Sequence record: MT553340.1
Source: Microbacterium phage Glamour
DNA length: 32,000 nt
Direction: 5' to 3' (one strand)
Shown piece after piece: positions 7,908-16,943 of the stretch (position 1 is its first letter; each line of letters opens with the position of its first letter). Both the position numbers and the translations under genes were made by a program. A model generated the notes under the pieces. The model made no database searches and had not been told where the DNA came from. It saw nothing but the letters and a program-made list of their open reading frames with translations.

Positions 7908-10316
7908 ATGGCCGACAACGACGTGAAGATCAAGGTCTCGCTCGATGGCGACAAGCAGGTTCAGGCTGGTCTCAAGGGCATCGGTGACGAAGCCGGAAAG
8001 GCCGACTCCAAGCTCGGCGGGATGATCAAGGGAGGGCTGGCCGGTGCAGGGAAGGCACTGGTCGGCTTCTCCGCCGCCGCTGTAGCGGCTGGCTCGGCTC
8101 TGGCCGTAGGCGTGGTCGGCGCATATGCAGAGTACGAGCAGAACGTCGGTGGTATCGAGACGCTGTTCGGCGACTCTGCCAACAAGATGAAGCAATACGC
8201 GGCTGACGCGTACAAGACCGCTGGCCTGAGTGCCAACGACTACATGTCTCAGGTGACGAGCTTCTCTGCCTCGCTCCTCCAGGGACTCGGCGGCGACACG
8301 GCCAAGGCCGCTGATGTGGCCGACAAGGCGATGGTCGACATGAGCGACAACGCCAACAAGTTCGGCTCGAACATCGCGGATGTCCAGAACGCCTACCAGG
8401 GCTTCGCGAAGCAGAACTTCACGATGCTCGACAACCTCAAGCTCGGGTACGGTGGTACTCGTGAGGAGATGGCGCGGCTCATCAACGACTCGGGTGTCAT
8501 GGGCGACACCTTCACGGCTACGGCCAGCAACCTGGACGAGGTGAGCTTCGACAAGATCATCGAGGGCATCCACGTTGTCCAGGACGAGATGGGTATCGCT
8601 GGCACCACGGCCAAGGAAGCCAGCGAGACCATCTCTGGCTCCATCGGGATGCTGAAGGGGAGCTTCGACAACCTCCTGGTCGGCCTCGGCTCGGCGGACG
8701 CTGATGTGGCCTCGCTCGCTGGCAACGTCATCGACTCTCTCGAGACGGTCATCACCAACATCAGCCCGGTCATCGAGAACCTCGGTGCCAACATGGCCGA
8801 ACTCGGCCCCAAGCTCGGGGACATGATGGGGTCGCTCGTGGGAGCCGTCTCCTCGGCTATCCCGGCCATCCTGGAGGCTGGCACCGGTCTCATCGGTGGG
8901 CTGGTCTCGGGCATCTCCTCGGCTCTGCCTACGCTCATCCCAGCGCTCATCCCTGGCCTTGTCGGTCTGGTGGAGATGGTCGCCGAGCAGGCTCCCCTCC
9001 TCATCGAGGCTGGAGTCAACGCCATCGTGGCTCTCGGGGAGGGCATTGCTGAGTCTCTGCCGACCCTCATCCCGCTCGTGGTGCAGGGTCTGCTCGACGT
9101 TATCGCCGCGCTGGTGGAGTCCCTGCCGATGCTCCTCGACGTGGGTCTGCAGATCATCACGGCCCTCGCTGAGGGTCTGATGGAGGCTCTGCCCCTGCTG
9201 ATCGAACAGCTCCCCATCATCATCCAGTCGCTCGTGGACTTCTTCATCCAGGGAGTGCCTATGCTCCTGGATGCCGGGGTTCAGCTCCTCACGAGTCTGG
9301 TCGGTGCTCTCCCTGAGATCATCACCCAGATTGTGGCTGTGCTCCCTCAGATCATCACCTCCATCATCAACGCGGTGATGGGAGCTATCCCGCTCCTCAT
9401 CGACGCTGGTCTCCAACTGATCACCGCGCTGGTGACCGCTCTCCCTGAGATCATCCAGGCCATCGTAGCCGCTATCCCGCAGATCATCACGGCTGTGCTG
9501 GATGCCGTGCTCGGCTCCATCCCGATGCTCATCGAGGCCGGGTTCAAGCTCATCACCGGCCTGATCGGTGCTCTGCCTCAGATCATCGGCACCATCGTGG
9601 GAGCCATCCCGCAGATCATCGGTGGAGTGCTCGGGGCTGTCGGTGGCTCGGTTGGCAAGCTCGTGAGCGCTGGCTTCAAGCTGTTCATGGGTCTCATCGG
9701 CAACATCGGCGGGGTCATCGGCAACGTGGTCGGCGCTGTCGGAGGCCTCATCGGCAAGGCCGTGGGAGCCGTGACCGGCGGAATCGGGCGCATGATCTCC
9801 GCTGGTGGAGACCTGGTTCGAGGCATCTGGGAGGGTATCTCTGGAGCCGCTGGCTGGCTGTTCAACAAGATCGGTGGCTTCGTCAACGACGTGATGGGCA
9901 ACATTGGCTCGTTCTTCGGTATCGCGTCTCCCTCCAAGCGTATGCGCGACGAGATCGGTGCTTGGCTTCCGCCGGGTATCGGTGAGGGTGTCGAGGAGAA
10001 CGAGTCTGAGGCTATCGACCCGATCCGAGACATGAACAAGAAGATCATGAAGGAAGCTCAGGAGCTTCCCACGCTCGGCTTCGACCAGACGGTGACCCAG
10101 AGCCTCACTCAGACCGTCATGCCGACTCAGGTACCGATGCAGGCTACGGCCACCCCTGTGGGACTCGGTGCCGCTGTGCCGACCGTGTACATCACAGGGC
10201 CGCTCGTGAGCGTGGACAGCATGCAGGTACGCAACGACCAGGATATCCGCCGTCTGTCCTCTCAGCTGAAGACCGACATGACGCGCGAGCTTCGCGCACA
10301 GGGAGTGATGTCATGA
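7908..10316 (+). CDS. Tape measure protein
   Basis: 802 aa. Long hydrophobic/helical repeats, N-terminal AAAVAAGSALAVGVVGAYAEYEQNVGGIETLFG typical of siphophage TMPs, C-terminal GIASPSKRMRDEIG motif. Confidence 0.95.
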   Translation: MADNDVKIKVSLDGDKQVQAGLKGIGDEAGKADSKLGGMIKGGLAGAGKALVGFSAAAVAAGSALAVGVVGAYAEYEQNVGGIETLFGDSANKMKQYAADAYKTAGLSANDYMSQVTSFSASLLQGLGGDTAKAADVADKAMVDMSDNANKFGSNIADVQNAYQGFAKQNFTMLDNLKLGYGGTREEMARLINDSGVMGDTFTATASNLDEVSFDKIIEGIHVVQDEMGIAGTTAKEASETISGSIGMLKGSFDNLLVGLGSADADVASLAGNVIDSLETVITNISPVIENLGANMAELGPKLGDMMGSLVGAVSSAIPAILEAGTGLIGGLVSGISSALPTLIPALIPGLVGLVEMVAEQAPLLIEAGVNAIVALGEGIAESLPTLIPLVVQGLLDVIAALVESLPMLLDVGLQIITALAEGLMEALPLLIEQLPIIIQSLVDFFIQGVPMLLDAGVQLLTSLVGALPEIITQIVAVLPQIITSIINAVMGAIPLLIDAGLQLITALVTALPEIIQAIVAAIPQIITAVLDAVLGSIPMLIEAGFKLITGLIGALPQIIGTIVGAIPQIIGGVLGAVGGSVGKLVSAGFKLFMGLIGNIGGVIGNVVGAVGGLIGKAVGAVTGGIGRMISAGGDLVRGIWEGISGAAGWLFNKIGGFVNDVMGNIGSFFGIASPSKRMRDEIGAWLPPGIGEGVEENESEAIDPIRDMNKKIMKEAQELPTLGFDQTVTQSLTQTVMPTQVPMQATATPVGLGAAVPTVYITGPLVSVDSMQVRNDQDIRRLSSQLKTDMTRELRAQGVMS
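8859..9782 (+). repeat. Seven tandem 132-nt (44-residue) units within the tape measure gene
   Basis: Units begin IPAILEAG, APLLIEAG, LPMLLDVG, VPMLLDAG, IPLLIDAG, IPMLIEAG, VGKLVSAG. An eighth, partial unit begins IGRMISAG at 9783. All spacings are 44 codons. Confidence 0.9.
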
Positions 10317-11086
10317 GTTTCAAGCTCGGCACGTTCGACACTGACTCGGTAACGGGGTTCAAGGCCATCCTGCAGGAATGGCCGGTGCTCCCGGTGGAGC
10401 TTCTGCTGGACGAGCTTCCGGCCGGTGACGGCTCGATGTACTACCGTTCCCGTATGGAGTCCACTGAGTGGGTCTTCAACCTGGAGCTTACCGGCTCGGA
10501 CATCTACGACGTGATGGCCAAGGCGGACACCATCAGCCGTGCCCTGAACCCCAAGCTCGGCGGCATCCAGGACTTCACCCCCAACGCTATGGACGGGTAC
10601 GTGTGGCAGGGACTCCTCGCTGGCATCATCGAGTGGGAACGCGACAAGGTCATCTGGTTCAGCGACCAGGGTGTCTCTCGGCTGTCGGGCACGGCCACCA
10701 TCAGCACGCCTGACCCCTACGGCTACGCGCTCGGGGACGACGTGGTGCTGGCCGCTCCTGGTACGCTGGCTCTCACGGGGGAGGGCACCACGAGCTTCTA
10801 CCCGGTGATCGAGTTCCGAGGAGTGCTCAACACCGTCCAGCGCTTCAACGCTGGCCCGGTGCAGATCGCAGGGCCGCTCACAGCCTCTCAGACTCTCGTG
10901 CTGGACTTCCAGAACATGGACTTCTTCATCAAGACCACGGCTACCGGGGCCAAGGTACGTAGTGTGGCCGACCGCTTCACCGCGTTCACCCGTCTCGAGG
11001 GTCTCGACTCCCTCAACGTCCCTGTCAGCGTGAGCGCTGGCACCTTCACTCAGGCCGTGGGCCGCGTCTCGTCTCGGAGGATCTAA
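10313..11086 (+). CDS. Distal tail protein (Dit-like)
   Basis: 257 aa directly after TMP. GTG/ATGA overlaps. YRSRMESTEWVFNLELTGSDIYDVMAKADTISRALNPKLG resembles Dit-type minor tail proteins. Confidence 0.75.
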   Translation: MSFKLGTFDTDSVTGFKAILQEWPVLPVELLLDELPAGDGSMYYRSRMESTEWVFNLELTGSDIYDVMAKADTISRALNPKLGGIQDFTPNAMDGYVWQGLLAGIIEWERDKVIWFSDQGVSRLSGTATISTPDPYGYALGDDVVLAAPGTLALTGEGTTSFYPVIEFRGVLNTVQRFNAGPVQIAGPLTASQTLVLDFQNMDFFIKTTATGAKVRSVADRFTAFTRLEGLDSLNVPVSVSAGTFTQAVGRVSSRRI

Positions 11087-13512
11087 TGGCCGACTACAGC
11101 CGCGCTACTAGCCGTGGTGACTGGACCGGTGAGTGGGATCCGAGTGCAGTCACCCAGGTGCTCCTTCGCATGGACTCGTTCATCGGGAGCGAGAACAACC
11201 GACCGACCCCGGACTCCTCGGGCAAGGATCGCACGGCCATCGCCATCAACTACGGTGGAGGCACGAGCGCTATCGCTGTGGCATCCCGCTGGGGCACGGC
11301 TCTGCGCATGAACAACACGAGCGTCTCTGAGAAGACCTCGATTCGTATTGCCAACGACGGCACGCTGTTCCCCTCCTCGGGTAGCGTGATGGTTGGAGCT
11401 TGGTACAATGGCAAGCTCGACCGTCAGTGGAACCCGGTGCTCTCTACCCGAGGTGGAGCCGAGAACCCGCTGGTGCATCTGGCAATCAACACCTCTGCCA
11501 ACGGCCCTCAGCTGAACTACCGCTTCTACTCGGAGACCGGGGCCACGCTCCTCAGCGAGTGGATGAGCACCATCCTGGAGGCGGACAAGTGGTACTGGAT
11601 CGGCGCGGTCATGGACCTGACGCTCGGCACCTGGTCGGTCTACACGGTCTCCCTGGAGACTGGTGCTATCGAGAGCCGCTCGGGCACGCTCTCGGGGATG
11701 AACGCGTCGTGCATGGCCAACCTGGAGGTCGGCTACGGCCCTGACCCCGAGTACAGCCGCGCGACCGTGGACGAGGTCGTGGTCGTCGCCCCGTTCACCG
11801 GCAACGCTGGTCAGTGGGCGCTCCGCTCTCGGCTGGCCAATGGCGCGCTGGAGGCGACTCAGGCCGACACCACCACGGTCGTGGGACGTGTGGCCCCGCG
11901 CTCTACGGCTACGCTCCCCGTGGTCGTGGAGACTCGTGCTGTCGCCGGTCAGTGGGGCACCGATACTCCTCAGATCACGGTCAATGGACAGGGCTACTCG
12001 ATCCGTTACCGTACTTCCAGCAACCTGGTGGACTGGAGCGCGTGGAAGCCCTCTGCCAGCATCGGCACCGAGCCGAACGCGGCCTGGATTCAGTACGAGG
12101 TCACCCTGACCGCTACCGACTCCTACGTCGACGAGATCCTGCTGAGCACGGCTCCCCCGGTCACCCCTCCCCTGCCCAAGACGCTCCCCGTCCAGCCGTT
12201 CTCCCTGGACCCGCTCTTGGCCATCCCAAGCGGGGGAGGGGTCTTCCTTCAGGACACTCTGCTGGAGTGCAAGACCCTCGACACCGACAGCAATGAGAGC
12301 ACGCTGACGTTCAAGCTCAGTCTCGCAGACCCCAAGGCAGAGGTCATCGAGGCTGAGATGCCCGTGGTGTTCAAGGGCCGTCACTATGTGGCCCGAGGAG
12401 TCACGACCACCAAGTCCAAGCGCTCGGCTCAGGTGGAGGTCTACTGCGAACGGAATTGGTACGACCTCCTCTACGCTGGCCAGATCGAGGCTCAGACCTG
12501 GACCACCACGGCCTTCGGTGCTCTCACGTCTCTCCTCGCTGGCACCGACTGGTACGTCGGCCAGGTTGACCCTACGGCCACACTTGGATGGGAGAACGAG
12601 TCGGGTACGGTGCTCGGCGTGCTGAAGCAGGTTGCCTCGGTGTACGGTGGCGACCTGGTCTTCGACGACGTCAACAAGTTCGTACACCTGCTGAACCAGG
12701 GTGGACGAGACCGGGGCACGTTCTTCAGCTACGAGAAGGGCATCACCTCGGCTCAGAAGCGTGAGGACACGACCAACCTGGTGACCCGTATCTACGGCCG
12801 GAACGCGGATGGCCTCACCATCGCACCGGCCAACAACGGGGTCGACTACATCGAGGACTTCAGCTGGACCACCGAGGTCCGGCAGAGCACCTACGACTTC
12901 AAGTCGGGTATGACGCCTCAGGCCATGATGCGCTTCCTGCAGGCTTTCATCGTCGACCGCGCTCAGCCCACCATCAGCTACGAGTATGAGGTCGCAGGCC
13001 TCATCGACCGTACCGAGGAGGTTGACCGCTTCGAGGTGCTGGACATCGTGTTCGTGATGGACGAGGACTACGCTCAGTCGGTCAAGAGCCGAGTGGTTCA
13101 GCTGGAGATCGATTGGGTCGACCTCAGGAACAGCAAGATCACCCTCGCGAACAAGCTCCGCTCGCTGGCCAACTCGGACGCGAGCACTGACCCCGGTGCC
13201 CTCACCACGGGCCAGACCATTGACACGCGCGACATCAACCCGTTCAACCTCCTCATCAACAGCCGAGGAGACAACGGCATGGCGCATTGGGCTGGCTCGG
13301 GAGTGCAGGTCGTGGAGGGAGGAGCCACGGGTCGGTACTCGTTCGCGTTCGGTGCTGCTGGTGGCTCGCTGGAGCAGACCGTGGCCAGCGACAACCGAGA
13401 GAACTTCGTGTTCTCTGCTCAGGTGGACGCGGACACTGAGGCCGCTATCCAGATCGAGGTCACCTTCCAGTACACGGACGGCACCTCGGAGACCCAGATC
13501 CTGGAGCTGTGA
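11086..13512 (+). CDS. Tail hub / minor tail protein with N-terminal LamG-like region
   Basis: 808 aa. C-terminal half (LFKGRHYVARGVTTTKSKRSAQVEVYCERNWYDLL...) resembles siphovirus tail hub proteins of the ReqiPepy6 gp37-like type. The N-terminal beta-rich region resembles concanavalin/LamG folds. Confidence 0.7.
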   Translation: MADYSRATSRGDWTGEWDPSAVTQVLLRMDSFIGSENNRPTPDSSGKDRTAIAINYGGGTSAIAVASRWGTALRMNNTSVSEKTSIRIANDGTLFPSSGSVMVGAWYNGKLDRQWNPVLSTRGGAENPLVHLAINTSANGPQLNYRFYSETGATLLSEWMSTILEADKWYWIGAVMDLTLGTWSVYTVSLETGAIESRSGTLSGMNASCMANLEVGYGPDPEYSRATVDEVVVVAPFTGNAGQWALRSRLANGALEATQADTTTVVGRVAPRSTATLPVVVETRAVAGQWGTDTPQITVNGQGYSIRYRTSSNLVDWSAWKPSASIGTEPNAAWIQYEVTLTATDSYVDEILLSTAPPVTPPLPKTLPVQPFSLDPLLAIPSGGGVFLQDTLLECKTLDTDSNESTLTFKLSLADPKAEVIEAEMPVVFKGRHYVARGVTTTKSKRSAQVEVYCERNWYDLLYAGQIEAQTWTTTAFGALTSLLAGTDWYVGQVDPTATLGWENESGTVLGVLKQVASVYGGDLVFDDVNKFVHLLNQGGRDRGTFFSYEKGITSAQKREDTTNLVTRIYGRNADGLTIAPANNGVDYIEDFSWTTEVRQSTYDFKSGMTPQAMMRFLQAFIVDRAQPTISYEYEVAGLIDRTEEVDRFEVLDIVFVMDEDYAQSVKSRVVQLEIDWVDLRNSKITLANKLRSLANSDASTDPGALTTGQTIDTRDINPFNLLINSRGDNGMAHWAGSGVQVVEGGATGRYSFAFGAAGGSLEQTVASDNRENFVFSAQVDADTEAAIQIEVTFQYTDGTSETQILEL

Positions 13513-13513
13513 C

Positions 13514-13702
13514 ATGGCCGCGCGACGCACTACCTTCCGGAACCCGAGTAGCTTCAAGCAGACCCTCACCATCAAGGTGAAGATCACCACGGCCTCGGGC
13601 AACGTCAAGGTCACCGACCTCATCCTCCAGGCTGGCACGACCGGTACAGGCTGGCTTCCCAACGTGACGGAGATGCCCTGGACTACGGGAGTGGTGAGCT
13701 AG
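13514..13702 (+). CDS. Small minor tail-associated protein, 62 aa
   Basis: Internal ATG at 13514 (GTGACATGG junction): MAARRTTFRNPSSFKQTLTIKVKITTASGNVKVTDLILQAGTTGTGWLPNVTEMPWTTGVVS. Closely coupled to both neighbours. Confidence 0.6.
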   Translation: MAARRTTFRNPSSFKQTLTIKVKITTASGNVKVTDLILQAGTTGTGWLPNVTEMPWTTGVVS

Positions 13703-14299
13703 ATGGCGTTCATCAGGACATTCGGTACGCTGAGGCCGAGCAAGCCGACCGTAGGTGTGGCCGTCAAGATCACCTCTCAGGATGAGGCTCGGGTCACCGA
13801 CATTCAGCTGAACCCCGGCTCCAGCCTGTTCTCGTGGTCTCCGATGGTCGGCGACCTCGGGCTGGTGCAGTCTCCTCGCTGGAGGTACATCAACGGCATG
13901 ATCTCCAACGACTACGCCACTTGGGTGATGTCGGACGAGGACTTGGCCAGCCCGTATCACGGTGAGGTGTTCCCTGTAGGAGTGCAGACCGTGAGGTGGG
14001 GCCAGCTCTACCTCGGGGAGATTTCTTCCAGGCAGACCTTTGACGGTCCAGGGTACGCCGTAAGCGTCGGGGCAGGGGTTACACCTCACCTGACTCCCCG
14101 CGCCGACCAGAGGCTCGACCTGGAGACCTCTGGGATCATGTCCGCTATCGTCGGGGTCAAGGGCATTCACGAAGACCCCGGTAGTAGCGCTCGAACAGAC
14201 GCTGGCTCGGTAACAGCCGCTCACGCAGAGGGATGGTCTGCAGTGTGGGGCTGGCACGAGTCGTGGAATGCAGTACTGACAGAACATGGAGAATGGTGA
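13703..14299 (+). CDS. Putative minor tail protein
   Basis: 198 aa in the tail appendage cluster. Its N-terminal segment ITSQDEARVTDIQLNPGSSLFSWSPM echoes the preceding small protein (KVTDLILQAG...GWLPN). Confidence 0.55.
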   Translation: MAFIRTFGTLRPSKPTVGVAVKITSQDEARVTDIQLNPGSSLFSWSPMVGDLGLVQSPRWRYINGMISNDYATWVMSDEDLASPYHGEVFPVGVQTVRWGQLYLGEISSRQTFDGPGYAVSVGAGVTPHLTPRADQRLDLETSGIMSAIVGVKGIHEDPGSSARTDAGSVTAAHAEGWSAVWGWHESWNAVLTEHGEW

Positions 14300-14775
14300 T
14301 GGCACTCTCAAAGCCTGACTACCCTACCTACGGTCCGGAGACGTTCGCGAAGCTCCAGGAACTCGTGGACACCTTCTACGCGAACGATACGGAACTGAAG
14401 GATCTGATCGACAACATCGCACCGAGCGTGTCTGTCGAGACAGCGGCCATCACGCTGGCCTCGGGGTACAGCAACAACTCGTCGTATGTGGCCAGCACGG
14501 CTATCAAGATGGGCAACCTGGTCACCATCGACCTCGGGCTGGTGAATTGCCCCTCCTCCATCGGCGGGAACAGCTACTTCACCCTCGGCACCATGCCCTC
14601 GGGCTACCGGCCTACCGGCAAGCACCGTATGGGCGTCGGCATGATCTACGCGGCCACGGTCATGAAGCCGGTACAGCTTCGACTCAACACCGACGGCTCC
14701 ATCAACTTCCTGTCCGCTGAGACCGTCTCCAACGCGAGCTACCTGTTCGCCTCGGCTATCACGTTTGCGATTTGA
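14299..14775 (+). CDS. Putative tail fibre / appendage protein
   Basis: Internal ATG at 14299. 158 aa, short coiled N-terminus (ETFAKLQELVDTFYANDTELKDLIDNIAPSV) then a beta-rich C-terminus, a fibre-tip arrangement. Confidence 0.6.
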   Translation: MALSKPDYPTYGPETFAKLQELVDTFYANDTELKDLIDNIAPSVSVETAAITLASGYSNNSSYVASTAIKMGNLVTIDLGLVNCPSSIGGNSYFTLGTMPSGYRPTGKHRMGVGMIYAATVMKPVQLRLNTDGSINFLSAETVSNASYLFASAITFAI

Positions 14776-14777
14776 TC

Positions 14778-16919
14778 ATGGGACATCGAGTAACTCTCTG
14801 GCACGCTAACCAGACCGTCCGCACCGAGGGAGTGCTGGACAAGTACGGCGACATGATCGACGACGTGTTCCTGGTGGCATACGAGCTTCGCACCACGGGT
14901 CTGATCAACCTCAACATTCAGAACACGGTCGAGGCTGTGCGAGCTAAGCACCCGAGCATCCGCTGGTGGCTCACCATCCAGTGTTTCTCGAGCGCGGCCT
15001 GGAAGGCTATCGGCACGCCGGGCGACCCTCTCCGGGACTCGGTGCTCTCCCAGATGGAAGCCATCTACGCGGCCTATCCGTGGATTTACGGCCTCGACAT
15101 GGACGCTGAGGGCTTCGGGAGCAACGTCACCACGGCTCAGGCGATGGCTGGCTACCGTGCCCTCGGCGACCACGCTCGGTCGTTCGGCAAGAAGCTGAGC
15201 GCGGCTCTGCCAGCGGCCACTCAGGGCAACTACTCGGTCGGTGGGGAGACCTGGCTCGACTACGAGATGTTCGGCGAGTACCTCGACCAGGTGGCCATCA
15301 TGACCTACGACTTCGCGTGGTCTGGCTCGGCTCCCGGCCCGATTGCTCCTCGCTTCTGGATTCAGAACGTGTACGACTGGGCCGTCTCGGTCATCGACCC
15401 CAACAAGATCCTCATGGGAGTACCGGCCTACGGCCAGAATTGGTCGATCCACGTTCCCACTCAGGAGCTTCCGGGCTATCCTGGCTGGCCGTACCGGGGC
15501 AACTCGGGAGCCTACTACTGGTTCTGGTACATGGCGACCGGCGAGTGGGGAGCCATGTCCGGTGATGACAACCCAGACCCCGCTGAGTGGAAGCAGACTC
15601 ATGCGAGCTGGTTCACCTACAGGGACATCGAGACCAACTCTCCCTTCACCCTGATCGGTTGCTACTGGTGGTCCACGGCCAGCCACGTAGTCGGGCGCTC
15701 GGGCATGGAGATGAACAGCTACAACGGCAAGGCCTACCTGACCCGCTACGGTAAGGCGGCGGCTGACCCTGTCGGCGGCATGGCAGACCAGAGGGCCACC
15801 ACTCAGTACATGGAACACGCTGTCCGACCCATCCAGGTCATCGACTCGGCTGGCCGCTGGCACAACCAGGACGTTCACAACCTGACGCTGGAGGTGCTTC
15901 AGCGCGACCCTCAGTCGGCCACCATCATGGATGACGACTGTGCCAACACGGGAGCACTCGACATCTACTACAGCCGCTCGGGAGCCGCTTGGTCGCACTG
16001 GAGAGCCGGTGACCCTATCCTCAACCCTCGGGTCTACGGTCAGTACCGTGTGGCCGGTGCAGGACGTCTCAGTCTCACCAACATCAACTCTGGTGGCGAC
16101 TATCATGTGCAGGGCCGCTTCCAGCTTCCGGCGGCTGGACGCGCCGGTGTCTTCTGTGGGAGCTTCGAAGCCACGGTGAACCAGGCCGGTGCCCTCGTGC
16201 TCAGCCGTAACGGCACGACCCTCGCTACGGCCTCGGTCGCTGGCCCTGGCACGAGCACTACGCCGGGGTCTGGCAGGGCTGTCGTGGGTCTCCGAGTGCG
16301 CGGCAACCATGCACGAGTGTACTACAGCCTCACCGAGAACAGCGTGCCTCTCGTGCTGGAGTACACTGACCCTTCGGCCACACCAGGACCGAGCGGGATG
16401 CTCAGCACGAGCGGGGCCGCTTGGTTCGACCACGTGCGATGGGGCGACGCTTGGTGGTATAACCCGCGTGAGGCCGTGGACGTCCAGGTGGGAGGGTTCA
16501 CGTTCACCAACGTGGGCCGAGTGCCCCGCACCAACGTCACCTGGGACAGCTTCAACCGCTTCAGGGTGAACACCGATGTGGAGGAGCGCTCGACCCGTAC
16601 TCAGGGCATCTCCGCTGACTGGGAGTTCATCCACCTGAAGGGTATCGGCATCCCGGCTGGCCAGACCAAGAACGTCCGTATCATCCCGAGAGACATCGAC
16701 TGCTGGATCAGCACGGCCTACCTGTGCGACCCCAAGGGCACGAGCTTGTCGCACTACGCGGATGCCGAGTACATGCAACACAGCCGAGACCTCGCGAACG
16801 ATGAGTGGGGTCTGGACGGCATCGCCGTCTGGCGGCTCGGGCAGGAGGACACGCGCTTCTGGGAACGAATCAAGGGAGCTAGGTTGGACCCAGCCAACAG
16901 GATCGATATCCTAGCCTAG
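14778..16919 (+). CDS. Tail-associated protein with GH18 (chitinase/YaaH-like) glycoside hydrolase domain
   Basis: GLDMDAEG matches the DxxDxDxE active-site pattern at its DxDxE core. YLDQVAIMTYDF and ILMGVPAYGQNW are GH18 core strands, and C-terminal WGLDGIAVWRLGQEDTRFW resembles the GH18 last strand. ATG at 14778, or TTG at 14772. Confidence 0.75.
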   Translation: MGHRVTLWHANQTVRTEGVLDKYGDMIDDVFLVAYELRTTGLINLNIQNTVEAVRAKHPSIRWWLTIQCFSSAAWKAIGTPGDPLRDSVLSQMEAIYAAYPWIYGLDMDAEGFGSNVTTAQAMAGYRALGDHARSFGKKLSAALPAATQGNYSVGGETWLDYEMFGEYLDQVAIMTYDFAWSGSAPGPIAPRFWIQNVYDWAVSVIDPNKILMGVPAYGQNWSIHVPTQELPGYPGWPYRGNSGAYYWFWYMATGEWGAMSGDDNPDPAEWKQTHASWFTYRDIETNSPFTLIGCYWWSTASHVVGRSGMEMNSYNGKAYLTRYGKAAADPVGGMADQRATTQYMEHAVRPIQVIDSAGRWHNQDVHNLTLEVLQRDPQSATIMDDDCANTGALDIYYSRSGAAWSHWRAGDPILNPRVYGQYRVAGAGRLSLTNINSGGDYHVQGRFQLPAAGRAGVFCGSFEATVNQAGALVLSRNGTTLATASVAGPGTSTTPGSGRAVVGLRVRGNHARVYYSLTENSVPLVLEYTDPSATPGPSGMLSTSGAAWFDHVRWGDAWWYNPREAVDVQVGGFTFTNVGRVPRTNVTWDSFNRFRVNTDVEERSTRTQGISADWEFIHLKGIGIPAGQTKNVRIIPRDIDCWISTAYLCDPKGTSLSHYADAEYMQHSRDLANDEWGLDGIAVWRLGQEDTRFWERIKGARLDPANRIDILA

Positions 16920-16943
16920 CCAACACAACTAAGGAGAATCACA

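Noticed and set aside
7671-9416. 581-aa minus-strand ORF opposite the tape measure gene
   Set aside because: Antisense shadow of a repetitive high-GC gene. The translated product is low-complexity and resembles no family.
11083-13662. 859-aa minus-strand ORF opposite the tail hub gene, longer than the sense ORF
   Set aside because: Striking length, but it starts and ends near the sense gene boundaries and mirrors its codon bias. No SD or domain was recognised, so it is most likely an artefact.
14739-16781. 680-aa minus-strand ORF opposite the GH18-like gene
   Set aside because: The sense strand has clear GH18 motifs. The antisense protein has no coherent features.
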